Source of the DNA: a virus
Length of the DNA: 64,000 nucleotides
Virus record (IMG/VR): IMGVR_UViG_645058813_000003
Coordinates: 7,834-71,833 of that record
Direction: 5' to 3' (one strand)
Part shown: positions 47,257-56,694 of the stretch, one piece after another
Numbering within the stretch: position 1 is the first letter of the stretch
Layout: each line of letters begins with the position of its first letter
The notes under the pieces: model-generated
Database searches by the model: none
What the model saw: only the letters and a program-made list of their open reading frames with translations
Told to the model about the DNA's origin: nothing
Program-made: the position numbers and the translations under genes

Positions 47257-47604
47257 TTATTTATTTTTATATTTTTGTTTAACAAATTCTATAAAGTTAT
47301 CAATTTCTTTTTTAGCTTCATCTGGAAGATCATCATATTCAGTATCACTATGAAGAGCAATAGTCACTTCATTATCATCTGTATAATTTCTTTTATCAGA
47401 AATCCCTAGTAAATAATCAGAGGACACATTAAAAAACTTAGCTATTTTTAATAATGTTTCTTGATCAGGTTCTCTACTTCCTTGCTCATAATTTCCTATT
47501 TGTCCACGTGAAAACCCTAGTTGAGTTGCTAAATCATATTGAGTAAGACCTTTTTCTTTTCTAAGAGTTACTAATCTCTCTTTAAATTGCACAGATTTTA
47601 TCAT
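47257..47604 (-). CDS. CI-like XRE repressor
   Basis: RLVTLRKEKGLTQYDLA...IGNYEQGSREPD; divergent from cro. Confidence 0.9.
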   Translation of the reverse strand: MIKSVQFKERLVTLRKEKGLTQYDLATQLGFSRGQIGNYEQGSREPDQETLLKIAKFFNVSSDYLLGISDKRNYTDDNEVTIALHSDTEYDDLPDEAKKEIDNFIEFVKQKYKNK

Positions 47605-47629
47605 ATTTCATCACCTATAATTAATTATA

Positions 47630-47735
47630 GAAACTTTCCGTTTCTTTTTCTACAAATGAAACAGAAAGTTTCAAAAAGTATTGACAGAAACATTTTGTTT
47701 CACTATAATAAAAATATAAGGAAACGAAATGTTTC
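47630..47735. promoter_or_regulatory. Lysis-lysogeny switch: four GAAAC-N5-GTTTC operators and perfect TTGACA-17-TATAAT promoter
   Basis: Operators at 47630, 47658, 47687, 47721; -35 at 47681, -10 at 47704. Confidence 0.9.
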
Positions 47736-47747
47736 AAAGGATAGGAG

Positions 47748-47954
47748 TTGGTAATATTGAGAGATGAATTAATAGCGTTAAGAGGTAATAGAAATAGGGC
47801 TGAAATTGCAAAAAAGCTATCTATTACTCCTCAAATGTTAGGGGCTATCGAAAGGGAAGATAGAAACCCATCTTTAGAATTAGCTATTAATTTAGCAAAA
47901 GTTTATGATATTAGCTTAGATAAGCTTATTTTTTTACTTAAGTTAGACACATAA
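47748..47954 (+). CDS. Cro-like HTH protein
   Basis: EIAKKLSITPQMLGAIERE.RNPSL. Confidence 0.85.
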   Translation: MVILRDELIALRGNRNRAEIAKKLSITPQMLGAIEREDRNPSLELAINLAKVYDISLDKLIFLLKLDT

Positions 47955-48078
47955 TGTTTCATATATTATATATTAATACAAAACAGTATGTAAATGAACG
48001 GCACAAGAATACATATTGTTTTCTAAATATTGTAATTGAGTACATTAAATAACTAAAAATAATGAGAGGTGAAAAGAA

Positions 48079-48513
48079 ATGGTGCAAGAATACAGAAATA
48101 TTTACCAAATAGCAAGGGAAAGTACAGGCTTAACTCAAGAAAAGGCATCTGAGCTATTAGATGTATCGGTGGATAGTGTAAGGGCATATGAAGGTGGTAA
48201 AAGAGTTCCACCAGACAGAGTTGTTATCAAGATGATTGAAATCTACAATGCTCAATATTTAGCTTATCAGCATTTAAAAACAAGTGCTGAAGTTGGTCAA
48301 AAGTATTTACCTAACATAGAAATAAAAGAATTGCCACTTGCAATGTTACGGCTTCAAAAGGAAGTTAGCGATTTTATAAAGTTAAAAGATGAAATGATAG
48401 AAATTACATGTGATGGAATTATTGATGATGAAGAAAAGCCTCGCTGGGCTAAGATCATGAAAGAGCTTGATGATGTTGTTGAAGCTATTATGGCTTTAAA
48501 ATTTGCAAAATAG
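48079..48513 (+). CDS. HTH transcriptional regulator
   Basis: ARESTGLTQEKASELL...YEGG. Confidence 0.85.
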   Translation: MVQEYRNIYQIARESTGLTQEKASELLDVSVDSVRAYEGGKRVPPDRVVIKMIEIYNAQYLAYQHLKTSAEVGQKYLPNIEIKELPLAMLRLQKEVSDFIKLKDEMIEITCDGIIDDEEKPRWAKIMKELDDVVEAIMALKFAK

Positions 48514-48524
48514 GAGGAAAAATT

Positions 48525-48740
48525 ATGGAAGATATTTTATTTACAGTAAAAGAAGCTTCTAAGCTTTTAAAAACAGATGAACCTACTATAAGAAGATTAA
48601 TAAGCAGAGGGTTAATGAAAGCTTTAAGGCTTGGAAGAATTAAGATTAGAAAGGTTGAAATTGAAAGATTCGCTGAATGGGCAGAGGGTAAGGACTTAAA
48701 TGATTTAGATGATATTAAGGAATTAGAATGTGCAATGTAA
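48525..48740 (+). CDS. Excisionase-like HTH protein
   Basis: FTVKEASKLLK...LKALRLGRIKI. Confidence 0.8.
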   Translation: MEDILFTVKEASKLLKTDEPTIRRLISRGLMKALRLGRIKIRKVEIERFAEWAEGKDLNDLDDIKELECAM

Positions 48741-48757
48741 GGAAAGGAGCGATTTAA

Positions 48758-48901
48758 ATGTGTACAATAAAATGTCCACTATTTACTAATAAGGATCATT
48801 ATTTGAATAAGAAAATTAAAAACAGAGAAAGTAGAAAAATTCATTTACTTAACTTTTGTTGTGGAAAGTTTGAAAGATGTGAGTTTTATAAAAACAAATA
48901 A
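48758..48901 (+). CDS. Small Cys-rich protein (47 aa, not in ORF track)
   Basis: AAGGAG RBS; MCTIKCP...FCCGKFERCEFY. Confidence 0.5.
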   Translation: MCTIKCPLFTNKDHYLNKKIKNRESRKIHLLNFCCGKFERCEFYKNK

Positions 48902-48992
48902 AAAAAGAACCTTGTATAAAGGTTCAATAGCTTAAGATACGGACGGCTATCCGTATCTCCATTATAGGATATTTAAAGGGAGATGTAAAGAG

Positions 48993-49748
48993 ATGAAAGT
49001 TATAAGTTTTTTAAATATAAAAGGTGGAGTTGCAAAAACAACTTCATGTGTTAATGTTGCAGCAGAGTTGGGTAAAGAAGGCAAGAAAGTATTAATAATA
49101 GATATTGATCCTCAAAGCAATGCAACTAAGTATTTGAATATGTATGATTCTCATGTGAAGGGAACTTATGAAGTTTTGAGAGGAGAGAATATAGGTATTC
49201 AAGCTACTAAATATGATGGTCTGTGGTTACTTCCAGGCAATATTAACCTTATTATGAGCGAAGGAGAGATACTTACAGATACTAAGAGGGTTAGAGAAAC
49301 AAGGCTTAAAAAGTGGTTAAGCGTAAAGAATGAGAATACTTTTGATTATATTTTAATTGATTGCCCTCCAAGCTTAGGTATGTTATCTACTAATGCATTA
49401 GTTGCAAGTGATTATGTTATTGTACCACTTAAGATAGATAAGTTTGGATTGGATGGTTTTGAATATTTAATGAGTAGCATAGAAGGGGTAAGAGAACAAT
49501 TTAATCCTAATTTAAATTTACTTGGAATTTTGATAACAATGGATAGATCCACAAGGATTCATAAAGAAATAAAGCAAGAGCTTAAAGAAGAATTAGGCGA
49601 TTTAATATTTAATCAGACAATAAGAGATAATGTTGATGTTGTTAAAAGTACATTTGAATCTACTCCAGTTGTATATTTTAATAGCAGAGCAAATGCATCT
49701 AAGGATTATAAGAATTTTGTGGAGGAATTGCAATGTCGTCTTATCTAA
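48993..49748 (+). CDS. parA: ParA/Soj ATPase
   Basis: KGGVAKTT deviant Walker A; DIDPQSN; IDCPP. Confidence 0.95.
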   Translation: MKVISFLNIKGGVAKTTSCVNVAAELGKEGKKVLIIDIDPQSNATKYLNMYDSHVKGTYEVLRGENIGIQATKYDGLWLLPGNINLIMSEGEILTDTKRVRETRLKKWLSVKNENTFDYILIDCPPSLGMLSTNALVASDYVIVPLKIDKFGLDGFEYLMSSIEGVREQFNPNLNLLGILITMDRSTRIHKEIKQELKEELGDLIFNQTIRDNVDVVKSTFESTPVVYFNSRANASKDYKNFVEELQCRLI

Positions 49749-50884
49749 AAGGTATAGCAAATAGAGTTAATGGAGTAGATAAAAAGAGTTTTACTAAGGA
49801 ACTAGATATAGATAGTTTAGTTCCTTCAAAAAATAACTTTTATGGAATTAGAGAGATTGAAGAGCTTGCAGCATCTATTAAAGAAAATGGACTTATGCAT
49901 AATTTAGTTGTTAGAGATATAGGTAATGGAACTTATGAAATTATATCTGGTGAAAGAAGATATACTGCTTTAAAAAAGCTTGGATATGAAAAAGTGCCAT
50001 GTCAAATTAGAGAGATTAATGATTTAGATGCAGAGCTTATGCTTATACATGCGAATTTAGAACAAAGAGAGCTTACACCAACTGAAAAAATGGAAGGTAT
50101 TAAAAGACTTGAAAACATCTATAAGCAAAAAAGAAAAAATGGTGAAAAGTTAGAAGGCAAGACAAGAGATCTTATAGGTAAAGATTTAGGGCTGTCAGGA
50201 GTTCAAGTAGGGCGTTATAAGAAGGTTGATAAAGATTTAATACCAGAACTCAAAGAAAAGCTAGATAAAGAGGATATAACACTAACACAAGCTCATACAT
50301 TAAGTAGCCTAACAAAAGAAGAACAGAAGGCAATACATGACGAAATTAAAGATTTAAATACTAAGGAACATAAGTTAGAAGTTGATATATTGGTGCAAGG
50401 TATAAAGCAACCAATAGAGAGAAAAGAAGATCAAGAACTCTTAGACGAAATGTATTCTAAATCTAAGTCTAAGCAAGATATTGTTATGCACACAAGTGCA
50501 AAAATCGCTGATGAAAAAGAGAATAATATAGAGCATAAAGAAAAATATATAGGAACTATCAGAGAGCAAATTGCTAAAATTACAGAATATGATCCACATC
50601 CTACAATAGTGATTTCAGATGATAAAATTAAAGCATTTTTTTATAAAGTAGAACAGATTACTATTTTAGAAAAAGAGATACAAGCAGTTTCAAAGGGATC
50701 AGTTTTAAATTTATATACTAGAAATATTATAGAAACAAATAAAATACCTGATATCAATGAAACACTATTTAAAATGTCAGCTTATGGGCTTAATGAAGGA
50801 GTATATTTATACTTTGAAAATTATAATCATGAAATGAAATTTTTAACTAAAAGAGGATTAGTAGAAATTGATGATAATATTTAA
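49733..50884 (+). CDS. parB: ParB-like protein
   Basis: ELAASIKENGLMHNLVV...ISGERRY.A. Confidence 0.9.
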   Translation: MSSYLKGIANRVNGVDKKSFTKELDIDSLVPSKNNFYGIREIEELAASIKENGLMHNLVVRDIGNGTYEIISGERRYTALKKLGYEKVPCQIREINDLDAELMLIHANLEQRELTPTEKMEGIKRLENIYKQKRKNGEKLEGKTRDLIGKDLGLSGVQVGRYKKVDKDLIPELKEKLDKEDITLTQAHTLSSLTKEEQKAIHDEIKDLNTKEHKLEVDILVQGIKQPIERKEDQELLDEMYSKSKSKQDIVMHTSAKIADEKENNIEHKEKYIGTIREQIAKITEYDPHPTIVISDDKIKAFFYKVEQITILEKEIQAVSKGSVLNLYTRNIIETNKIPDINETLFKMSAYGLNEGVYLYFENYNHEMKFLTKRGLVEIDDNI

Positions 50885-50995
50885 TTTCTTATAATCAATA
50901 ATTTTTTTACTATTTTTTGATGTAAAAATTTAGAGTTATTTTAATAATAATACTAATTATATAAATATTAAGTTAATTTACAGAATGGGGATGAA

Positions 50996-51814
50996 ATGAT
51001 GAATGATCAATTGTTTTGTACTGGTATTTACAAAGAAGGGTATGGAATAATACCAAAGTCAGTTATGAGAAGTAGTGTATTATCTTGTGGTGCAAAAGTT
51101 CTATATGCTTATATATGCAGCTTTACAGGAGCAGGGAGTAATGCTTTTCCATCATTAGAGTTAATATGTAATGAATTAGGAATGTCTGAAAAGAAGATAT
51201 ATAAATGCAGAAAAGAGTTAGTAGATAATAATTTAATTGCTATAGAAAAAAAGAGAATAGGAAGTAAATATTCAAATAATATTTACACATTAATAACTAA
51301 TCCGACGCAAAATGAACCTAGTCAAAATGAACACATTCAAAATGAACCTGTTCAAAATGACTACGTTCAAGAAAGTGAGGAAACAAGCCATTCTCTTGAA
51401 CCCAGTCAAAATGGACATGTCCAAAATGAACCTTGTCCAAAAGTGGGTACTATAAGTAACAGATTAATAAATAAAAAAGAAAAAAGAAAAACAGAGTTTG
51501 ATGAATTGATACAAGAATATACAGACAATGAAAAAATAAAAGAAACTCTATATGAATTTATAAAAATGAGAAAAGCAATTAAAGCAACTATAACAACAAC
51601 AGGTCTTAAGAGAATATTAAATAGATTAGATAAATTAGCAAGTACAGAGATTGATAAAATAAGTATTTTAGATAATAGCATAATGAACAGCTGGAAAGGT
51701 ATATTCCCATTAAATGATAACACTGTTAAGAGCAACGTAATACCTATAACAACTAAATCACAAAAGTCTGTATGTGAAATTGAAATAGATAAATCAAAGT
51801 TAGGAGATTTGTAA
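50996..51814 (+). CDS. Replication initiator (N-terminal HTH) with internal iterons
   Basis: GYGIIPK...AKVLYAYI...AFPS; NSWKGIF C-terminal motif; upstream of helicase. Confidence 0.85.
   Translation: MMNDQLFCTGIYKEGYGIIPKSVMRSSVLSCGAKVLYAYICSFTGAGSNAFPSLELICNELGMSEKKIYKCRKELVDNNLIAIEKKRIGSKYSNNIYTLITNPTQNEPSQNEHIQNEPVQNDYVQESEETSHSLEPSQNGHVQNEPCPKVGTISNRLINKKEKRKTEFDELIQEYTDNEKIKETLYEFIKMRKAIKATITTTGLKRILNRLDKLASTEIDKISILDNSIMNSWKGIFPLNDNTVKSNVIPITTKSQKSVCEIEIDKSKLGDL
51308..51447 (+). repeat. Iteron-like CAAAATGAAC repeats (candidate origin)
   Basis: 15-bp periodic copies at 51308, 51323, 51338, 51353; further copies at 51407, 51422. Confidence 0.75.
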
Positions 51815-51815
51815 C

Positions 51816-53132
51816 ATGGAAGAAATAAATAGAATTTTACCTCAAAACATAGAAGCTGAGCAAACATTACTAGGATGCATTATATCAAGTATAGATAAAT
51901 TTTTAGAAGTAGATGCAATTGTACATGAGTTAGATTTTTATATTGATAAACATAAGAAAATTTATGGAGCTATTAAAAATCTAGTAAATAAAGGTGTAAC
52001 AGTTGATGTAATTACTCTTATAGAAGAATTAAAGTCAAAGAATATGCTTATGGTATGCGGTGGGGCATCTTATATAACAGAATTATCGTTATCAGGTATC
52101 AATTATTCAAATATAGCTTCATATGCAAAAATAATCAGGGAAAAATCAAATAGAAGAAAGCTTATAAAAGCAGGTCAAACCCTAATATCAAAGAGCTTTG
52201 ATGAAGATATAAATTTAGTTTTAGAAGAAACTGAAAAAGAATTATACAATGTTGAAGCAAGCAAAGAAAGTAATGAGATAGTTCCAATTTCAGAGGCAGT
52301 TGAAAAGTCACTTGAACTTTTAGAAGAAAGATATAAAACTGGTGGAAAGTTAAAAGGAATATCAACAGGATTTAAAGAGTTAGATGAATTATCATCAGGA
52401 CTTAAAGAAAAAGATTTTATAATAGTTGCTGCAAGACCTTCAATGGGTAAAACAGCATTTGCATTGAATATAGGACAGGCTGCTTCAAAGCATGGAAGTG
52501 TAGCAATATTTTCTTTAGAAATGTCAAGAGATCAACTTATGGATAGATTGTTAGCCGCTAAATGCATGATTCAATTTACTAAGATAACAGATGGAACATT
52601 GAATGAAAAAGAGTTTTTAGATATATCAAATGGAGCTAATAATTTAGGTACTAGAAAATTATTTATTGATGATGAAGCAAGTTTATTATCTGACATAAAA
52701 GCGAAGTGTAGAAAACTTAAATTACAACAAGGATTGAATGTTGTTATTATAGATTATTTGCAACTTATAAGAGTAAATATAAAGACTAATTCAAGAGAGC
52801 AAGAAGTGTCACATATATCTAGAGAATTAAAAGCATTAGCTAAGGAATTAGGAATAACAGTTATTGCATTATCGCAATTATCTAGAGCACCAGAACAAAG
52901 AGTAGATCATAGACCTATGTTATCTGATTTAAGAGAATCTGGTTCAATAGAACAAGATGCTGATATTATTCATTTTTTGTATAGGGATGAATATTACAAC
53001 AAAGAAAGTGAAGATAGGAATATTGCAGAAGTTATTACAGCTAAGAATAGGAATGGAATAACAAGAACTACAAAATTAGCATGGCTTGGACAATATCAAA
53101 GGTTCGGCACTTTAGATGTTATTAGAAGGTAA
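51816..53132 (+). CDS. dnaB: Replicative DNA helicase
   Basis: PQNIEAEQ; AARPSMGKT; IDYLQL; LSQLSR; DLRESGSIEQDAD. Confidence 0.97.
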   Translation: MEEINRILPQNIEAEQTLLGCIISSIDKFLEVDAIVHELDFYIDKHKKIYGAIKNLVNKGVTVDVITLIEELKSKNMLMVCGGASYITELSLSGINYSNIASYAKIIREKSNRRKLIKAGQTLISKSFDEDINLVLEETEKELYNVEASKESNEIVPISEAVEKSLELLEERYKTGGKLKGISTGFKELDELSSGLKEKDFIIVAARPSMGKTAFALNIGQAASKHGSVAIFSLEMSRDQLMDRLLAAKCMIQFTKITDGTLNEKEFLDISNGANNLGTRKLFIDDEASLLSDIKAKCRKLKLQQGLNVVIIDYLQLIRVNIKTNSREQEVSHISRELKALAKELGITVIALSQLSRAPEQRVDHRPMLSDLRESGSIEQDADIIHFLYRDEYYNKESEDRNIAEVITAKNRNGITRTTKLAWLGQYQRFGTLDVIRR

Positions 53133-53304
53133 GCTCATGGATCATATGTTGGAATTTATTAAAGAAAGTAAAAAGCTAATGAATTATGCAATGTGTGTAG
53201 AAATGGCAACAGGCTATAAAGTAGGAAACATAAACATAGATAATTATTCAAGATTGCTTCAAGAAGCTGAAAGAGAAGTTAGGAGTGTTGATAAAAATGA
53301 ATGA
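53116..53304 (+). CDS. Hypothetical protein
   Basis: Short coupled ORF. Confidence 0.5.
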   Translation: MLLEGKLMDHMLEFIKESKKLMNYAMCVEMATGYKVGNINIDNYSRLLQEAEREVRSVDKNE

Positions 53305-53452
53305 TAAAGAAAAAATAGTGGATCATATAGTGGTTCAATATTTTAAGCAACCTGAAAAAACATTAGAAGAAATATTTGATGAATATATACAAGATCTAAG
53401 TCAACCAGATGCTGACAGAGTTCTTAGAAATATTAGAGAAATTATTAATTAA
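53297..53452 (+). CDS. Hypothetical protein (51 aa, not in ORF track)
   Basis: AGGAG RBS; MNDKEKIVDHIV...REIIN*. Confidence 0.55.
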   Translation: MNDKEKIVDHIVVQYFKQPEKTLEEIFDEYIQDLSQPDADRVLRNIREIIN

Positions 53453-53557
53453 GCTAAAATTTGCAGACTAATGAAAATGGGATTTCAAAAGGTAGTTACT
53501 GCAATTTTTATAAAAGGGGGAGAAATCCCCCAATATATAACGCAGAGGTGATAACCC

Positions 53558-53848
53558 ATGAAAAGTGAGATTTTAAAATTACTAAATGAAATGACTAAAG
53601 AAGAGTTGGTAAATTGTATTATGCAAAATAATATTTTTATTTATGATAAAACAGGCATTGATAGAGCCAAGCATTATTTAACATCAGCTTTATTATATAG
53701 AATGAAAAAATCAACCGAAATTGAAACAGGAGATATAACTAAAGCTAAAACTACAAAGGAAATGCTCAAGATAATGGATGCAGATGAGAAAAAATATAAG
53801 AAGTGGGAAAAGATAAACAAAAGACTGGAGGAACTTCAGAATATGTAA
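53558..53848 (+). CDS. Hypothetical protein
   Basis: GAGGTG RBS. Confidence 0.7.
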   Translation: MKSEILKLLNEMTKEELVNCIMQNNIFIYDKTGIDRAKHYLTSALLYRMKKSTEIETGDITKAKTTKEMLKIMDADEKKYKKWEKINKRLEELQNM

Positions 53849-53894
53849 ATATGACGAACTACTTTCAATAAAGAAAAACATTAAGGAGTTATAA

Positions 53895-54452
53895 ATGACT
53901 AATAAATCTAAGATTGTATATCATAATCCAATAACTGAACAGGATATGATTAAATCAGAATACAGTTTATTTAATAAATCACTTCAATTTCAAAAGAAAT
54001 ATTTTCAAGATATTGAGGACGTAATTCTAATGAATGTTAGTGAGGATGCAAAAAAGTTTATTCCTAAAACATCAGTAGATTTTTATGAATGGAAATTTAA
54101 TGTAGTAAATAAGAATGATAACTTTACTGGTGAATGTACTGGCTTTTGGAAGGTTATTAATATAGTTCCAAGTCGTATAAATAATCGAATTCTATTACAC
54201 GAAATGATACATGCTTATGAATCAATGTTATCAGACTACAAAATTGAACATGAGTATTTAATAGTAAAATTGTATCAAAAATTACTTGCTAAAATACCAA
54301 ACCTAATTGAGATAATTGAAGTTGACATAAACAAAGACAATAGAGAACACACAGTATTCTTTTTATTGAAGTCATTGGATATAGACTTAGAGTTAAAATT
54401 ACCAATTGGGAGCATTTATGGCTATGGTAGGGAAGAAATATATAAGAAATAG
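53895..54452 (+). CDS. SprT-like metallopeptidase-domain protein
   Basis: ILLHEMIHAYE (HExxH). Confidence 0.6.
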   Translation: MTNKSKIVYHNPITEQDMIKSEYSLFNKSLQFQKKYFQDIEDVILMNVSEDAKKFIPKTSVDFYEWKFNVVNKNDNFTGECTGFWKVINIVPSRINNRILLHEMIHAYESMLSDYKIEHEYLIVKLYQKLLAKIPNLIEIIEVDINKDNREHTVFFLLKSLDIDLELKLPIGSIYGYGREEIYKK

Positions 54453-54510
54453 ATATTTGAATTTTATTAAGGTAATTCGCAATACTAATAAAGCGTACAA
54501 AACATAAAAA

Positions 54511-54529
54511 GGTGTTCATCACGAACACC
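54511..54529. repeat. GGTGTTC-N5-GAACACC element
   Basis: GGTGTTC-atcac-GAACACC after the SprT-like gene. Confidence 0.8.
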
Positions 54530-54614
54530 TTCCACAATTAGAGAATTTGAATTGAAACACCAGTTCTCTAATTAACCTATCTAAATTATAACATAAAAGT
54601 AAAATAAGGGATAG

Positions 54615-54965
54615 GTGATAAACATGGGAGAAATAAAAAATCAACTTAATTTATATAGAGAAAGAGTTTGTAAAATAGATAATAAGAACCTTGAAATAGA
54701 GAATTTAATTATCAATGGTGTAAGTGATGATGATGAAAGAATACAGGAAATAAAGCTAGATATAAAAAAACTAGAGTTAAAAAATAAAAAAATAGATAAT
54801 ATATTAAGTTTACTTTCAACTAAAGATTATAAAGTTATAAGTCTTATTTATTTACAAGGAAAAGAAAAAGCAAAAGTAGCAAGAGAATTAGATAGAACTA
54901 AAAGGCAAATTGATTATAGTATAAATAAAGCGTTAAAGGGGATTTCAAAGGATTTAGTTGATTAA
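54615..54965 (+). CDS. Sigma70 region-4-like late activator (ArpU/RinA-type position)
   Basis: C-terminal L...Y.VI.L.Y.QG...KVARELDRT HTH. Confidence 0.65.
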   Translation: MINMGEIKNQLNLYRERVCKIDNKNLEIENLIINGVSDDDERIQEIKLDIKKLELKNKKIDNILSLLSTKDYKVISLIYLQGKEKAKVARELDRTKRQIDYSINKALKGISKDLVD

Positions 54966-55139
54966 AAGTGTCATATTTTTGGCACTTTTTTGTTATGTTT
55001 TTGTATCTTTTTTGTAGCAAAAATTTCTTAAAAACTTCTCACATTTGTAATTTAGATTATGTTAAGATAAGTACATAAATAAGTAATAACCATAAAAGAA
55101 AAAGATATATTTCCGATTTTTCTTTTATAAAAATAAGGG

Positions 55140-55544
55140 ATGTCCCTTTTTTTGGTTTGGGTGAACTATACATTTTTAGGAGTTGATAATTTGAAAGCTA
55201 AAGTAGATAAAGAACTTATTAAAAAATTATATTTAGAAGGCTTAAAGGCTCCAGAGATTGCGAAAAAACTAAACTTTAAAAAAGATACAATAAAAAAATG
55301 CATCCAAAGAAATTTTAATAATTTAAAATATGAACATGAAATTGCTGTAGTTCAAAGATGTGAAGTTATAAAAGCAGTCAATTATGAAGCAAATAAATTT
55401 ATGGGTGACAGTACGTTTATAAAAAAGAATAGATCTATTTACAAAACAAAATCTGATGGAGATATAGTTATAAATAAAGAAGTTGCTCCAGTGGTAACAT
55501 GGGATACACCAAGAAGATTAGTAAATGAAAATAAAACTATATAG
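55140..55544 (+). CDS. HTH-containing hypothetical (likely TTG start ~55191)
   Basis: LYLEGLKAPEIAKKL. Confidence 0.6.
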   Translation: MSLFLVWVNYTFLGVDNLKAKVDKELIKKLYLEGLKAPEIAKKLNFKKDTIKKCIQRNFNNLKYEHEIAVVQRCEVIKAVNYEANKFMGDSTFIKKNRSIYKTKSDGDIVINKEVAPVVTWDTPRRLVNENKTI

Positions 55545-55617
55545 ATATTAAAAAGAGTTGCTATATTAGCCAATAATATAGCAGCTCTTTTTAGTTATAA
55601 ATTTTAGGAGGGAGTTT

Positions 55618-55785
55618 ATGAGATTAAGAGATGTATTAAGAGAAAATGATGTTGGCAATTACAATAAGCTTATGAAAATAAAAGATAAAAAGAATAGTGA
55701 GAAATTAAGTGAACGTGAAATAAAAGAATTAATGAGTCACAGTTCTTATAAAAGGCATAAAGGAGCTCTTAAGCAGGTAAAGTAA
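55618..55785 (+). CDS. Small basic protein (55 aa, not in ORF track)
   Basis: AGGAGG RBS; TAATG coupling to recombinase. Confidence 0.6.
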   Translation: MRLRDVLRENDVGNYNKLMKIKDKKNSEKLSEREIKELMSHSSYKRHKGALKQVK

Positions 55786-56438
55786 TGACTAAAGAAAAAG
55801 AGAGAAACTGGGAAAAGGGTACAGCATCACCAATTCCAGATAATAAATATAAAAGATTTAAAGAAACATTAATAGAGTATAGTAAAAAGTATACTGACAG
55901 AAATATAACACTGTTCTTATTAGCTAGGGCTACAGGATATAGATTAGGTGATCTTGTTGGTCTTACAATTGGAGAAATAGATGATGCATTATGTGAGGGA
56001 TTTTTTCTGATTCAAGAGAGTAAGCAATTTAAACAATGGCAGAGCAGTTTATCAGAACATCCTAATAGAAAAAAGCCTGATAAAAGAAAAGCTATTATAG
56101 GTTCTTCATTAAGAAGATATTTAGAACAATATATTAAAAATAAAAAAAGAAAAGAGTTTGCATTTCCATCTAATAAAGGTGATGGAGATGAATATATAAG
56201 TCAAAAATCATATAGTGCGATATTAAAAGCAGTTGGTGAAAAAATTGGATTAAAGCATATAAGTGGTCATAGTCCTAGAAAAACTTATGCAACCACTATT
56301 TATGAAAACTCTAGTCATAACATAGAAAAAGTTAGAGTTGCTTTAAATCACCAGTCAATTGAAGAAACAAAACGTTATTTGGGACTGAAAGATATTATGT
56401 TAGAGGATGCTGGTAAAATAGCTGATAAAGACTTATAA
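55785..56438 (+). CDS. Second tyrosine recombinase (catalytic domain only)
   Basis: ATGYRLGDL, GHSPRKT, LNHQS, TKRY; R, HxxR, H and Y all present. Confidence 0.85.
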   Translation: MTKEKERNWEKGTASPIPDNKYKRFKETLIEYSKKYTDRNITLFLLARATGYRLGDLVGLTIGEIDDALCEGFFLIQESKQFKQWQSSLSEHPNRKKPDKRKAIIGSSLRRYLEQYIKNKKRKEFAFPSNKGDGDEYISQKSYSAILKAVGEKIGLKHISGHSPRKTYATTIYENSSHNIEKVRVALNHQSIEETKRYLGLKDIMLEDAGKIADKDL

Positions 56439-56694
56439 TCGGTAAAAAATAAAATGGTACTTATTTAGTATATAAATAAAAAATTCTTACTAATATAAGT
56501 AGGCTAAAAAAGAAATAAGTAATTCTCCATGTTATTACCGATTAATGAATAAAAGTAAAAATGGTGTTAAGCTTAGTAAAATCAATGGTTGATAGCGATT
56601 TGTTATTATTTATGGATTTATTAATTTTTATAGTGAAATTATAAGTTAGGGAAATATAAAAAATTATTGAGCCTTGTTTTAAAGTAATGGCTCA

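Noticed and set aside
54541-54580. ATTGAAAC (type I-B repeat-like end) inside a hairpin
   Set aside because: Single occurrence, no array; it is the loop of an AATTAGAGAA/TTCTCTAATT stem.
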